From contig NC_068989.1 of assembly GCF_001194135.2 (NCBI RefSeq), positions 37,957,394-38,021,393 on the forward strand: a stretch of DNA of 64,000 nucleotides. Direction: 5' to 3'. Source of the stretch: Octopus bimaculoides. Its lineage: Eukaryota. The stretch's first letter is position 1, and the number at the start of each line of letters is the position of its first letter. Both the position numbers and the translations under genes were made by a program. This document shows positions 24,977 through 38,257 of the stretch, piece after piece. A model generated the notes under the pieces. It saw only the letters and a list, made by a program, of their open reading frames with translations. It searched no databases and was not told the DNA's origin.

Positions 24977-26953
24977 CATTCTTCTGCCAATCGGCTGCCT
25001 TAATATAATTATTAAGTGCAATAATCACATTTTGCTGTTGAACATTCTTTCTCATTCTAAAATTAATATTTTTTTGCCTATTTATTTACTATAAATGTAT
25101 TTTTTGTAATTCTTTTTTGCCTATTTATTTACTATAAATGTATCACAAAAGCTAAGGCATGCTATTGAAACACAAACTTTTTGGTGGAGTGGGGGATTCT
25201 TTCTCTCTCATGCAAAATATTACTAGTTTACCTTTCATATGACAACACAAGAAACATGCTAAAAATGACAAAATGTCTCATATTACCCCCTCTTCATATG
25301 TTATTAAAGAGGTTACTTAGTCCTTGATACCTTCTTAGCATTTGAAAGGGCAAATTTTCCCTAAACAAAGTGCACTATCATTAAGTAATAGATCAATGGA
25401 GACTCTTTGTTTTCACATATTAGCATCTGTCAGCAATACAGCCCCTAGCTATCAGTCTAATACTTTATACACCCACCTATTTTAACTATACTAACTAAAA
25501 AGTATAAAAGTGGCAAATTGTCAAAATTATGAGAGTGTTGTATAGAATACCTTGTAGTATTTGTTCTAACACTGCATTCTGACTTCAAATCCCACCAAGG
25601 CTTATTTTATCTTCCATACTTTTGGAACTGATAAAAAAGTTTTAAAACATCAAATTTGGGTGGTGGATTGACAGAACTGTTAGAGGGTCAGGCAAGATGC
25701 CTTTGAATATTTGAACTGACTCTCTGTGTACTGACTGCAATAACTCTGTAACATTGTACCAAGTCATACAGGTGCAAGTCACAAAGGCTAAGGCATGCTA
25801 TTGAAGCACAAGCTCTGGTGGCGTGGGGGCTTCTTTCTCTCTCATGCAAAATATTTATTTACTATAGATGTATCACAAGAAACCTGCTAAAAATGATAAA
25901 ATGTCCCATATTACCCCCTTTTTAAATGTTATTAAAGAATACTGGTGGCCATCCAGAGGGGAAACTTGCATGCATGGACAATTGTCAGTCTTTTGCAAAT
26001 TATCTTTTGAAGGAAGTGCCTCAACATATAATGATCCAATTATTGAAACCAACATGTATGTATGTATGTATGTGTGTGTGTGTGTGTGTGTACATCCAGA
26101 TGTTTTCATATGTATTGATCTGCCCTTGCATATGCAGATGAATGGTCAATGAAGGCCTCTAAGATGTAAAGAAGCAAAAGAATAACATGACTTTCAAATG
26201 ATTGAGGAATTTCTTGTACAGAAAATTGTTAAAAGTTTCCAACTAAAGATTTCATGTATAGACATGGAAATGAATAGGGAAGAGTAATAAGCTGTGATGT
26301 TCAAGCCTTTCTTATGTTTAACAATGAAAGTGAGGTGAAACACTTCAACAGTGTTGCCAATTTTCAATTTAATGTTAGTTGGCAAATTCCAATGTGAACA
26401 AAAGTTTTTCGTTTCAATCTCAGTTTTCAAGAAGAAAGAGAGAGGTTAATATGTATACATGCATGTAAGTATGTATCTATATGTCTGTATGCAGGCATGC
26501 ATGTATGCATACAAGCATGTATATATATATATATGTATGCATGTACGTATGTACGTACATATGTTTGTATGTGTGTGCTTGTGTGTATGTATGCCTATAT
26601 GTATTTGTGTGTGTATATGTATCAAGTATAAATGCATTTATTTTTACAGCCATGTTTTTTACTTTGCTTCTGGGAATGGAATGATTTTTACACATTTGTA
26701 CATTTGCATATTCTAGTCACAGCTCATCAATTCCCATTGTTTAATGACTCATCTATTCTTTATACAAACAATGACAAAGAAAGTTATGTGCCTCATTCAA
26801 CAGTGCAACATAATATCAGGCATGGTAACATATGAAGACATAAACACTTGGTTAATAGTTCAGCAATTTAAATGCGCAGCCATCATGTATCCCTCATTCT
26901 GTAAGTGTGAGTCTCTGTATGAGTGTGTGTGTGTGTATATATGTATATATATA

Positions 26954-27063
26954 TAGAATATAAAGAAAGTCGGGAAGTATGAGATGAATATATTTATTTC
27001 ATCAGTTGATATCTATAGGATAAATATATTCATCTAATACCTCCTAACTTTCTTTATATTCTA
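26954..27063. repeat. 110-bp hairpin/MITE
   Basis: Arms of about 43 bp: TAGAATATAAAGAAAGT...AGATGAATATATTTAT and its reverse complement, with few mismatches. Confidence 0.75.
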
Positions 27064-28215
27064 CATACTTCTCAGGAAATAGTCACCATTGATTGGATTT
27101 ACTGCATAGGACTCTATACATTACACTGCTATGTATTGGTTTACTATGTGATTTGTAGCATAATCCACTGAAGGATTACCATCAGATGAAATAAATCCAT
27201 GTATTGTGCATTATATATATATCTCTTTGATAAAAGTTTAACTCAGGTCCATGCAACTTAGTCTCATAAGCTCATAGAATTAACCTCAGGAAGAGTAAAG
27301 GGATATGAGACAAATTCAACATGATTTCCAGATGTTAGACCTCTATTGACCAATTCAGGTCACGTGGTGCTATTAGTCTGAAAATGACATGAATTATTTT
27401 CCTTATTCTTAGGCTCACACACACACACACACACACACACACAGATATATCAACAAGTGGGCAAATGAAATAAAGAGGCACTTGATACATTTGGCAGGAG
27501 CTACATATACTGGCTTCAAATTTTGGCTCAAGGTCAGCAATACTGGGGAAGGGGCTAAGTTGATTACATTGACTGGTACTTATTTTATCAATCCTAAAAG
27601 GACAAGATGCAAAATTGACCTTAGTAAAATTTGAATGTAAAATGCGAAGATAGATGAAATGCCACTAAGCATTTCACCCAGCATGCTAACAATTCTGCCA
27701 GCTCGCCACATTCCAGAAATTACATATATTATTATTTAAAAGCAGTTGGATTTGGCCCCATGTGACTTAAAGTTTTATAGCTTCACTACAGAAACCTAGC
27801 AATGTCATGTTACATGTAAAAAGAATTTCATATTAAACTCAAGAATTGCTCAATACTTTTTAGCAGAGTACATAGAGTTCAGCCTTATGAAGGTGAGCAA
27901 GCCAAATTCTGAAGTCACTATCACCCTTTTCCTTTTATGCAAGGATTTTCGGTCTCATCATAATATTTATATTTATGTATACATCACTGTATATATTCAA
28001 AAGCCCTCTCTAACACACAACTAGTAACTGTTATAGTTTGAGATGAAATCTGAACGCTCATTCATGTATTTGAATAATATCACATTATATTATATGTACC
28101 TGAACAATCTTAATTCAGTTTTCATCACAACTGTCCAATGAATAGGAATACAAAACTCTGAGTAACAGTTCTATGATAATTTTGCAGCTTTAATAAAAAG
28201 ATTATATATATATAA

Positions 28216-29291
28216 GGAAAATGAGACAAAGTAGAAAATGTTAGAATAATTTTATCATGAAGTACATTTTAGTACCGGTTTCCATCTTTTAGACTTTTTT
28301 AACTAAGAGAAAAATAAGTAAACAATTAAATTGAAGAAAAATTTAAATGAAATATTTTGTCGATATTTCCATAGTCTTTAAATAGGTAAATATATCCATA
28401 GTTTTCAGATAGTCTATCTGTCTCTCTCTCTCTCTCTATTCTTTTGTGAATGCTTTATAGGTGGGTAGTAGTAAATCTGAAGGAATAGTTTGGGTACAGA
28501 GAATTGATGGTTTAAGCAGGAGCAGCTGAAGGAGGAGAAGGAAAAGAAGAAAAAAAAGAGGGGGAGGAGGAGGAGAAGACGAAGGAGTAAGAGAAGTAGG
28601 AGTAGTGGAAGAAGAGGGAGAAGGATAAAGAAAAGAAAAGAAAAATACAAGAATGCTGTGACACAATCTTCTTTAATGGTCAAATGACCTAAACATGACC
28701 TCTATAAATTCAGGAACAAAGCAACCTATAATCATCAAATTAGCAAAGAAGAATATTTTATGGGAAAATATAAACCTATTTTGAATGCCACCACCACCAC
28801 CATAGATGAAACTACTACAAGAATTTAGAACAATTCCAGCCACTTCTGCTATGACCGAAACAGGTCACTTTAAGGTCATTTGACAATTAAAGAAGATTCC
28901 ATGAACAATTTACTGTGTCAAAGCACTCCTATATTTTTCTTTTCTTTTCTTTCTCCTCCTTCTTCTTTTTCTTCTACTTCTTCTTCTTCTTCTCCCTCAG
29001 CTGCTCCTGCTTAAACCATCAATTCTCTGTATCCAAACCATTTCTTCAGATTTACTACTACCTACCTACAAGGCATTCACAAAGGAATAGAGACAGATTA
29101 GACTATCTGAAGACTACGGATATATTTACCTATTTAAAGACTATGGAAATATCTACAAAACATTTCACTTAATTTTTCTCCAATTTCTCCAATTTAATTG
29201 TTTTTCTTATTTCACTTTTAGTTGAAAAAGTCTAAAAGACAGAAACCGGTACTAAAATTATTTTAGCATTCTCTATCTTGTCTTATTTTCC
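28216..29291. repeat. Long inverted repeat (arms about 28216-28701 and 28862-29291), probably Penelope-LTR or retrozyme derived
   Basis: The arms align as reverse complements over about 430-480 bp apart from microsatellite length differences, with a spacer of about 160 bp. Each arm carries GAAACCGGTACTAAAA near its outer end. Confidence 0.85.
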
Positions 29292-29327
29292 ATATACATA
29301 TCAACTCATGTGTTACTTTTCTACCTT

Positions 29328-30612
29328 CTGCATATATATATATATATATATATATAAATGAGAATGTGTGTCTGTCTGTCTGTCTGTGTGAATCCCTAAA
29401 ACTCGAGAACTACGCAACCAATTTCATTCAAATTTTACACATGCCTTACTTAGGGTTCNNNNNNNNNNNNNNNNNNNNNNNNNNNNNNNNNNNNNNNNNN
29501 NNNNNNNNNNNNNNNNNNNNNNNNNNNNNNNNNNNNNNNNNNNNNNNNNNNNNNNNNNNNNNNNNNNNNNNNNNNNNNNNNNNNNNNNNNNNNNNNNNNN
29601 NNNNNNNNNNNNNNNNNNNNNNNNNNNNNNNNNNNNNNNNNNNNNNNNNNNNNNNNNNNNNNNNNNNNNNNNNNNNNNNNNNNNNNNNNNNNNNNNNNNN
29701 NNNNNNNNNNNNNNNNNNNNNNNNNNNNNNNNNNNNNNNNNNNNNNNNNNNNNNNNNNNNNNNNNNNNNNNNNNNNNNNNNNNNNNNNNNNNNNNNNNNN
29801 NNNNNNNNNNNNNNNNNNNNNNNNNNNNNNNNNNNNNNNNNNNNNNNNNNNNNNNNNNNNNNNNNNNNNNNNNNNNNNNNNNNNNNNNNNNNNNNNNNNN
29901 NNNNNNNNNNNNNNNNNNNNNNNNNNNNNNNNNNNNNNNNNNNNNNNNNNNNNNNNNNNNNNNNNNNNNNNNNNNNNNNNNNNNNNNNNNNNNNNNNNNN
30001 NNNNNNNNNNNNNNNNNNNNNNNNNNNNNNNNNNNNNNNNNNNNNNNNNNNNNNNNNNNNNNNNNNNNNNNNNNNNNNNNNNNNNNNNNNNNNNNNNNNN
30101 NNNNNNNNNNNNNNNNNNNNNNNNNNNNNNNNNNNNNNNNNNNNNNNNNNNNNNNNNNNNNNNNNNNNNNNNNNNNNNNNNNNNNNNNNNNNNNNNNNNN
30201 NNNNNNNNNNNNNNNNNNNNNNNNNNNNNNNNNNNNNNNNNNNNNNNNNNNTACATTATGATTTCTGCAATGTGGTTCATAAATTGTCAAGTAAATGAGA
30301 CGCATCTTTGCCTCCACTGATTCACTTGCAAAGTGTTGAGTAAAATTATTTCGTTGCAGACCTCCTTTGGGTCTTTTTATTATTACTACGACACACATAG
30401 TCCCCAGTTGGTAACATTGATTTCAAGGCCCTCCAAGATGAGAGACTGGCATTCCACTTAATGTCTATGTTCCATGCTGGCATGGATTGGAGAGTTATTA
30501 ATGTAGAAATATGGTATCGTAGCTACTAACAGTTGAGGGTTGCGTAGTCTAGACGGCGTTTTTAGATTTCATTATTCTCTTTAACCCGGGCAAAGCCGGG
30601 TATTTCTGCTAG
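29328..30612 (+). mobile_element. Non-autonomous Helitron spanning an assembly gap
   Basis: 3' hairpin CCCGG-GCAAAG-CCGGG (30585-30600), terminal CTAG (30609-12) followed by T. The 5' part (TA)nAAATGAGAATGTGTGTCTGTCTG... is typical of a Helitron-N head; the exact 5' end is uncertain. Confidence 0.7.
29459..30251. other. Assembly gap (largest of seven)
   Basis: N run. Other gaps at 12018-12163, 13233-13279, 19011-19103, 36681-36698, 42395-42442 and 46015-46160, mostly bounded by microsatellites. Confidence 0.99.
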
Positions 30613-33600
30613 TATATATATATATATATATGCATGTATGTTAACATACAAACGCACACACACCTGCTAGTTTCAGTCATATGCTAGGGCACTGTCTTCA
30701 AAAAGTATCTTGTCTGTTTGTTTTTTTTCCATAACCTTATAAGGGGAGATATTCTGGTCATAAAGGGATGAACAGGATAATACAAGATGCTTTTGTTTGA
30801 TATACTGATTATTTGATCTAATATGTGATCCACCACCACCACATGTGACTGCAACTTGTTTATGTAGTGTAATCAGTTGTGCTCTACACTAATTATTGAT
30901 AGCTGGAAATTTTTGAGTCACAGTTAGTAGACCTTCCATGGTAGCAGTGTGGGGTGTGTCACACATTTTCAATAATGAAATACTGTTGCTTCTGTAGCTT
31001 CAAGCACACAGAAGGTGTAGTATATATGGGAGTAGATGTGATTTTTTGAACCCTTATATGGATGTTTCACCTACCGAAGTGCCATATGTTGATGTCATTG
31101 TCTTCATTGATCACCAGTAGATAACTTTAGGCAATATATCAAGCAAAAGCACCATGTATTATCCTTTAGGCAATACCCTCTTTTGTTGTCTTCTTTATTT
31201 TTTTGTCTCTTTTTGTTATCTATTTATTTTTTGGCAGTTGCTAGGTTACATCGAATTTTTAAACAAACTATTCAGCTCCCCACCACATACACACTTATAT
31301 ACACATGCACACAAACACAAACACGCACACCCATACACACACACACACATGCACAAGAACACACACACGTACATGACTATCTGAATTCAACAGTGTCTGT
31401 CTTCTAGATTTCCCTTTGAATATTCTGGTCAACTTGATTCTTTGGTAGAAGATGCTAACCCAAAGTGAAACACAAAGGAATCAGGCTTGAAGCAGCTGTA
31501 ATAGAAGATAAATTGTTTTTAAAAAACACATCCATTACTGCCATGTGTGTGTGTGTGTGTAAATGTGAAGAATTTTTGTGCAAATTTCACTGTATGAGTT
31601 TTGCAAGTGTTGTATCAAATGGCACCTTAATGTAAAATAAGGTAGGATCATTGTGACATTGTGTGATGATGGTGAACCTTTGAATCACATGTACGCACCA
31701 TGTGGTGGATTTTCACATAGTTTCCATTTGCCATTTCCATCTTTTACTGCTGTTTCAAGTCTGATTCCAAATGTTAGAGGACATGCTCAGTAAGACAAGG
31801 CACAAGAACTTATCATAGCAAAGCAAATTTCTTAATTACTTATTCAAGAGGCCCATGCAATAAGATTTACATGCATGCATACATACATACATACATGTAT
31901 GCATTACATACATACATGCATTACATTACCTAAGTACCAATCTTGAGAAATTATGCTTCTCAAAGCTAGAAAGGAGAAAGCTTATTTGAAGACTACAGAC
32001 CCAAGCCATCACTGGAACTGTAAAAATCTGTAAAACTTTCCAGAGGTTTATCATTTAAGTGTATATGCACATGTCTAGAAATGCAACTATATGCATGAGA
32101 ATACATACATAAAATCAAACATATGCACTGACTCCATATACTGCACATATACACATACACCAAAAAATATCTCATTGATGTTATTGAAATTTCTACGAAG
32201 AAGTCCTGAATCTAGGTTAGAAATCAATCTTTTCTCTGTTGGCAAGAAATCTTGAAATAAAACTGAATAATAACATACATACATACACTTATTCATACAC
32301 GTATTCTTGCATATACACATAGTGTGTGTATATATAGTGTCAGGTGATATGAGTGATTTTAGCAACAGGGAATACAGTACATTCTGTTACATGGTTGGGT
32401 TGAAAAAAAACCCACCTAAGAATGATACTAGTAAAGCAGAAGCAAAATTGTTAAAAATCTTAAGACTGCTGTCCCTCTGTTAGATGTAGTTTAAGTCAGT
32501 TAATTACTTCGCTGGTCAATCAGTTGGGTCTGATTGGTTGGTTAGTTAGTCAGTCAGGACTGTTTGGGGCTAGGCAGTTGATCAGTCTATCTATCTGTCC
32601 ATTGGATAAAAAAATACTTGAGTAAAGAAATAGCTGACAGTTGTTATGTTCAAATTAGCCCTTTTTTAATTGTAAATTAAACATAGTGGGTTGTGTAAAT
32701 TGGATAAATTTTTATTGTAACATAATTAGAAGCATTGTCAGATTGGAAATGTTGCAATTAATATTTTTAATATTTCAGTTTCAGGAAACCATTTGAAGGC
32801 AGAAAAACTATAGAAAAAATGGCTATAAAATAAAAATTAGAATATTTTTTCCACCCAAATAAAGAATTGTCACTGATGGAATCACTTATTAGATATAAGC
32901 TGCTCTGCTAAAATTAGGAATGATCGTTAGCTAGCTCAGATCAGTTGGTAGCTTGGTTTAAAATTGCATCTATCAGGGTCAAAATATACATATATGGATC
33001 ATTTCACACAAACATAGAATGAATTGAACTGGTAGGAACTTAGAACTTCGTCACTTTAGGCTACATTGAAAAGTAACTACATAAATTGTCCCATGTACAA
33101 TTCAAACAGTCCCCTTGATAATACTGTAATTTTTGTTTTTTAGGTATTTAATTCAAAATCTTCAATGACACAGTATATTGACTAGGTAATGTGCAGTATT
33201 ACCTAACTTTAAAGAGGTTATGTACAGTAGTAGAGGTAACTTCAGTGAGTAATAGATCGATAGTCTCACATACTAAGTAAAATTCTTCATTCAAGGACAG
33301 TAATTGCTTGTTCTACGATGTTGAGATTTAATCAAATGTAAGAAGTTTAACAAAGTTTAAGACAAGGTATTGATAGCTCTTAAAGAAATCATCATGCAGT
33401 AATTTGACATATCATAGATTTGAACTCCTGTAGATGAGTATTCTCACAAAATAGGACAATGTTACATGATATTTATTAGTAATTAAATTTGCTAAATGAG
33501 AAGTATAATTGCTTTTGTGTGGGAGTTACAGCATTGTATGGGTAGCAATATGTCAGTGTCCTTACATTACTACCAGCAGGAAATTCTAGTATGAATAATT

Positions 33601-34451
33601 GTGGAAGTGAATTATTTAATATCTTACGCAGAAAGTAAGGCATATCTGTTTAAGAAAGAATGAGATTCTTTCACATCTTCCATCTTTATGACTTGAATTT
33701 GTTGGCATTTTCTAATATTTGAATTTATAGATTATTTGTTATTTTATCAACTGTTGATTGCTTATTGTTATTATATGGTTTCTATCTGAGTATTATTGAA
33801 AGTATTTCTAACTTTATATTGTAATCATATAAGATTATGCTAACATGGTAGCTCATGCATGGTGTTAGGAGGTTAACATATGTCAACATGTTAATGAAGG
33901 ACACCAGCATTAATCCGCTATAATCTAGCATGCAGGATTAGCATGTAGGGAGTGGTGTGATCTTAACTACCCAAGTTATTCCCTTCTCCATTCTGAGATT
34001 ACCTGTTCATAGCAATAGAAACCACTAAGATCGGTAAGCTCAAAGTGCTTGATCTGAAAGACAATGTTTTATTAAAAACAAATTCAACAAAATACATTTT
34101 GTTTTGTCCCAAGTCAGTTTCACTTATTCAATTCAAGTTGTGGCCAACAAAGTAACTTGGCTCTTGAGATGACCCCCCTCTTTTCCTCATACCCCAATCC
34201 AGCATGCCAGAGCACACCTGATCAGTACTAGTGTAGTTAGTGTCATGCTTTACCAAGTCCACATGTATTATACCCCAATCAAAATATAAGGCATCAATAT
34301 GCATAAGAGCCCATGTTAAGAAATATCTTATCTGATTGCAATATGAAATTAGAATTACTTATGTGCAATAACATTGATAGAGAGAAGACAGAAAACATCT
34401 AGCAGTAATACCAACTAACTGTTGATAAAATAGATTGCAGTCTACAATTTT

Positions 34452-34655
34452 CAGTCCTTGGCATTCAGATTACTCTGTCAAATATAATGCTAATTTATTA
34501 ACATAGTTTTGAATTAAACATGTATTATCTCAGAACTTTGAAATTTTGATGAAGTTATTTATAATAACATTGTATGGTAGGTATGAGTTGCAGGATCAGG
34601 CTAGTTTGGACACAGAATATTTGAGCTGGATATGGTTGATTTAAATGCTAAAGGG
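34452..34655. mobile_element. piggyBac-like MITE
   Basis: Right end ...GCTAAAGGG|TTAA (TTAA at 34656-59) and a degenerate left end CCTTGGCATTCAG; about 200 bp. Confidence 0.5.
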
Positions 34656-34833
34656 TTAAATATTCATAATATTTATAATATCTAAATTCATAATATTTAT
34701 AATATCTAAATTCATCCTATATTCATGAAGTCCTATTAAATGCCTTTCTATTTAATTCTCTTGGACATGGAAACTTTTTACTATGACTGTACATCAAATT
34801 AGTTAGAAAATCTCTCATTCACAATACTGTATT

Positions 34834-34895
<62 letters not shown>

Positions 34896-37717
34896 CAAAA
34901 AAATGGGGAAAAAAAGAAGCAGAAAACTTGAAGTCATAAACAGATGGAAGATTGTGAAAGCAAACCTTATAAATTTTGATTCTCCACCTAACAATAGATA
35001 AGCAACTGGAAGAGAATGTTGACTCAACTTTTTTTAGATAACAATCTATGTGCATAAATACAGAAACACCAAGGAAATAACAATTCTTAAGTATCAGATC
35101 AATAAAACTTCAAGAAAGCAAACATTTATGATTCAACATCTGCAACACTTAGACTTGCTTCACAGATTATTTTTTTTTTTAAATACTGAAGTGGTGATGG
35201 CTTCTGACATCACAGTTCCAGGTAAATGGAGTCAATGGTTGATGAGATCAAATATGTTGGAAAGTTGACTGTTTTAAAAGGAGAAGATAACTTTCACTTG
35301 AATGAACACAGATTTGTTGTTATAAAAAAAGATTTGTTGGGACATCTGTGCTTTGTGTATACACGTGTGCATGTGTATGTGTGAGAGAGAGCAAAACAAA
35401 CATAGGACTTGTCAACAGTTTCAAAAGAAATGAATAATTTCTTTTTGATATAATGGTGTGTACAGCTGACCAAAAAGTTGATAGAACAAAACTGGGGTCC
35501 AGAGATCTAATCTCTGTTTACCCTACACATAAATGAATATATAAGAAGAGTCTCTTGAGACTTCAAACAGAAGATTAGATTGAACACATTTATGATGTTG
35601 TGCCATAAAATACACACAAAAAATACTTATATATATATATTGCACAGGCATGGCTGTGTGATTAAGAAGTTCACTTTGCAACCACATAATTTCAGGTTCA
35701 GTCCCAATGTACAGTGCTTTTGACCAGTGTCTTCTCCTATATAGTCAGGCTCACCAATGATTTTGAGTGAATTTAGCAGATGGAAGCTGTGTTCAAGCTG
35801 TTTATATCCATCCATATGTATGTATGTATGCATGTATGTATGTATCTGTGTGTGTGTATGTGTGTCGTCTTTATGTTAGTGTTTGTTTGTTTACATCCCC
35901 ATAACTTAGTGTTTAGACAAAAGAGATTGATAGGAGCAGCACCAGGATATTAAAAAATTGTTACTGGAAATGATGTTTGACTAAATCCCACTATAAAGAC
36001 TAAAACAAGTAAAAGATAGAAAAAAGACCTATAAGTAAGCAAATAAATATATATATATGTGTGTGTGTTTTGTATATGTATGTGTGTAAGTATATAAATC
36101 AATACACCCCCTCACATGCACACATATTTAGCCATAACAATCTTTATCTCGGATTCCATATGCTAGTTTCACTCACAAAGCATCTGTCAGTCTGAGGCTA
36201 TAGTAGAAGATATTAGCCCAAGGTACTATACAATAAGACTGAGCCTGAAGCTACATGGCTGAGGAGTAAACTTTGTAATCCCACAGCCATGCCTGTACCT
36301 CCCCACTTATCATTAGTAGCACTTTAATTCCATCCCAGATACTCTGTAAAGCATTTGGTGAGCGAGCAAAAATTTGGAATAGAGAGAACTCTATAACCTT
36401 CTTAAATCCATGACAACCACTCTAGTGCTAGTGTAAAGGAAAAAATTCATCCTGTACAGTCTTCAAATGTGATTGGTGTTAGGAAGGGTATCCTGTCGTA
36501 GAAACCAAACCAAAAATAAAACATGTGAGCCAAATATTATCTTTTGATTTCTTTAGGTGAGCATTGCTTCCAAATAATTACTGACTCTGTCTAAGGCAAT
36601 CCATCCAACCCTTGCCAGTATTAGAAGCAGATGTAAAACACCATAATGATGATTTTATATATATATATATATATATATATNNNNNNNNNNNNNNNNNNTG
36701 ACGTAAAAACCCATGTAACTTGCACACCTGTGTAATTTACGTAGGTAATTTTCAGGATAAAAATTGTTTAAAAAACAGGGCTTCAACTCACGTAAAATTC
36801 GCACCCAAAAGTTTCAGAATTGCTGATATGGCCAGGGGAAAAAGGTTTTCAATTTAGTTGTATTTAGCATAATTTCACTTACTTATGATTAGATTTTATT
36901 AAATTTTCATCAAATAAAAATAATTTCAGGTAGAAAGCTACTAGATTACGAAGTGTTTGTGTTGTTTATAATAAACTTTATTTTGTATTTCTTGCCCACA
37001 AGAGATTATGTCCTATCTTTAGCATACTTTTGTATATCTTCTCAAATCACAATCACAGGAAAAGTTCTTACCAACAAAAACAAAGATGATAAATACACAC
37101 TAGTGTTGCAAGACAAGTTTAATTACCAATAAGCATCAACTTGGATGACACTTTACTCAACCAACAGAGGAAGGTTACCGATCAAACTGATTATGTAAAC
37201 AGAATTCTGATTGGCCGAAAGTGTCATCTTGTCTCAAGTTCTGATTTTCTGCATATCCTTGTCAGAACTTTTGATATGGAGTATCGAAATTTTCATCCCT
37301 TTTACACTTATAAAATGTCAAGCAAACTTTAAAATTTGTCATTACTGTTTTAGCCGGGAGACCAAACTGATTGTTTGGTAAACTGCTAAAATAAACATTA
37401 AAAATCGAAAGGAGAAAATAAACAGCTTTGCAAGTTTAACTCAGTGTTTATTGAACAAGAGAGGTGCGAAATTTAAGAAGCAGCTTGTTAGAATATATAC
37501 GTCTGTGAGAAGACATAAACAAGAATAGCAAAACTCTACCATACCAAAAGAACTGGTAATACCTACATTACGGGTGTTTCATGAAGACAACATAAGATTG
37601 CTGCATAATTCAACATGAATGTGAAATGACTTTAAACATCGTATAAGGTAAATGAAGGTTTCTGTAGGAACGCTAAGTTAGGAACGCTTAGTGAGTTTAC
37701 ATGCACAAGGATGAATT

Positions 37718-37831
37718 ATGATGTTGTTGTCAGCATTAGGTGCAGTTAGAACTGATAGCAGTGATGTTGGCAGTGACGAATTTCATTGTCCTAATGTGGA
37801 GAAAGCAAGCAATAATTTCCTGGAGGCAAAC
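37718..37831 (+). CDS. Possible first coding exon on the plus strand
   Basis: ATG after an in-frame stop, MMLLSALGAVRTDSSDVGSDEFHCPNVEKASNNFLEAN, then a strong donor AAC|gtaagc. It lies in a locally CpG-rich segment and is short enough to be chance. Confidence 0.18.
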
Positions 37832-38257
37832 GTAAGCTAGACTTCTTAAGCGGAGAAAAACTGATCTATTTAAGGAAATTGCTGGGTTCCATTGCGATAG
37901 GTAGAAACTCCAAACAATGTAAACGTAAAATATGGCCTGGACCGTTATTACCAGCATGAACGTCAAGCTTTAAAAAGTAGTTAGCTATTTAATGGTTTTA
38001 GTAAGTTCATACAGAAAAAGTAAGCATTATACCATCCAGCATAAATGACAGTCAACTTCATTATATTATTTCTTAAAAACCTATTCTGACATTAAATGAG
38101 TCAACTTCTGATACGAATGTTCTAAAAAATATTCTGGAAACGATCTACTCATGTAATTTATGCACCCACTAAAGTTTATTTTTGTTTTTGTGGAAAAAAA
38201 TTGTGTAAATTACATTGGGTTTTTATGGTATATATGTATATATATCTATCTATCTAT

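Noticed and set aside
24741-25055. ORF with ELADECG repeats, and a possible CRISPR-like array
   Set aside because: It is the translation of a tandem SINE head. The units are contiguous with no unique spacers, there are no cas genes and the context is eukaryotic.
29366-30398. ORFs of 276-324 aa in the ORF track
   Set aside because: Artefacts of translating through the N gap. The same applies to ORFs over other gaps and over (TA)n, (CA)n and (GA)n tracts.
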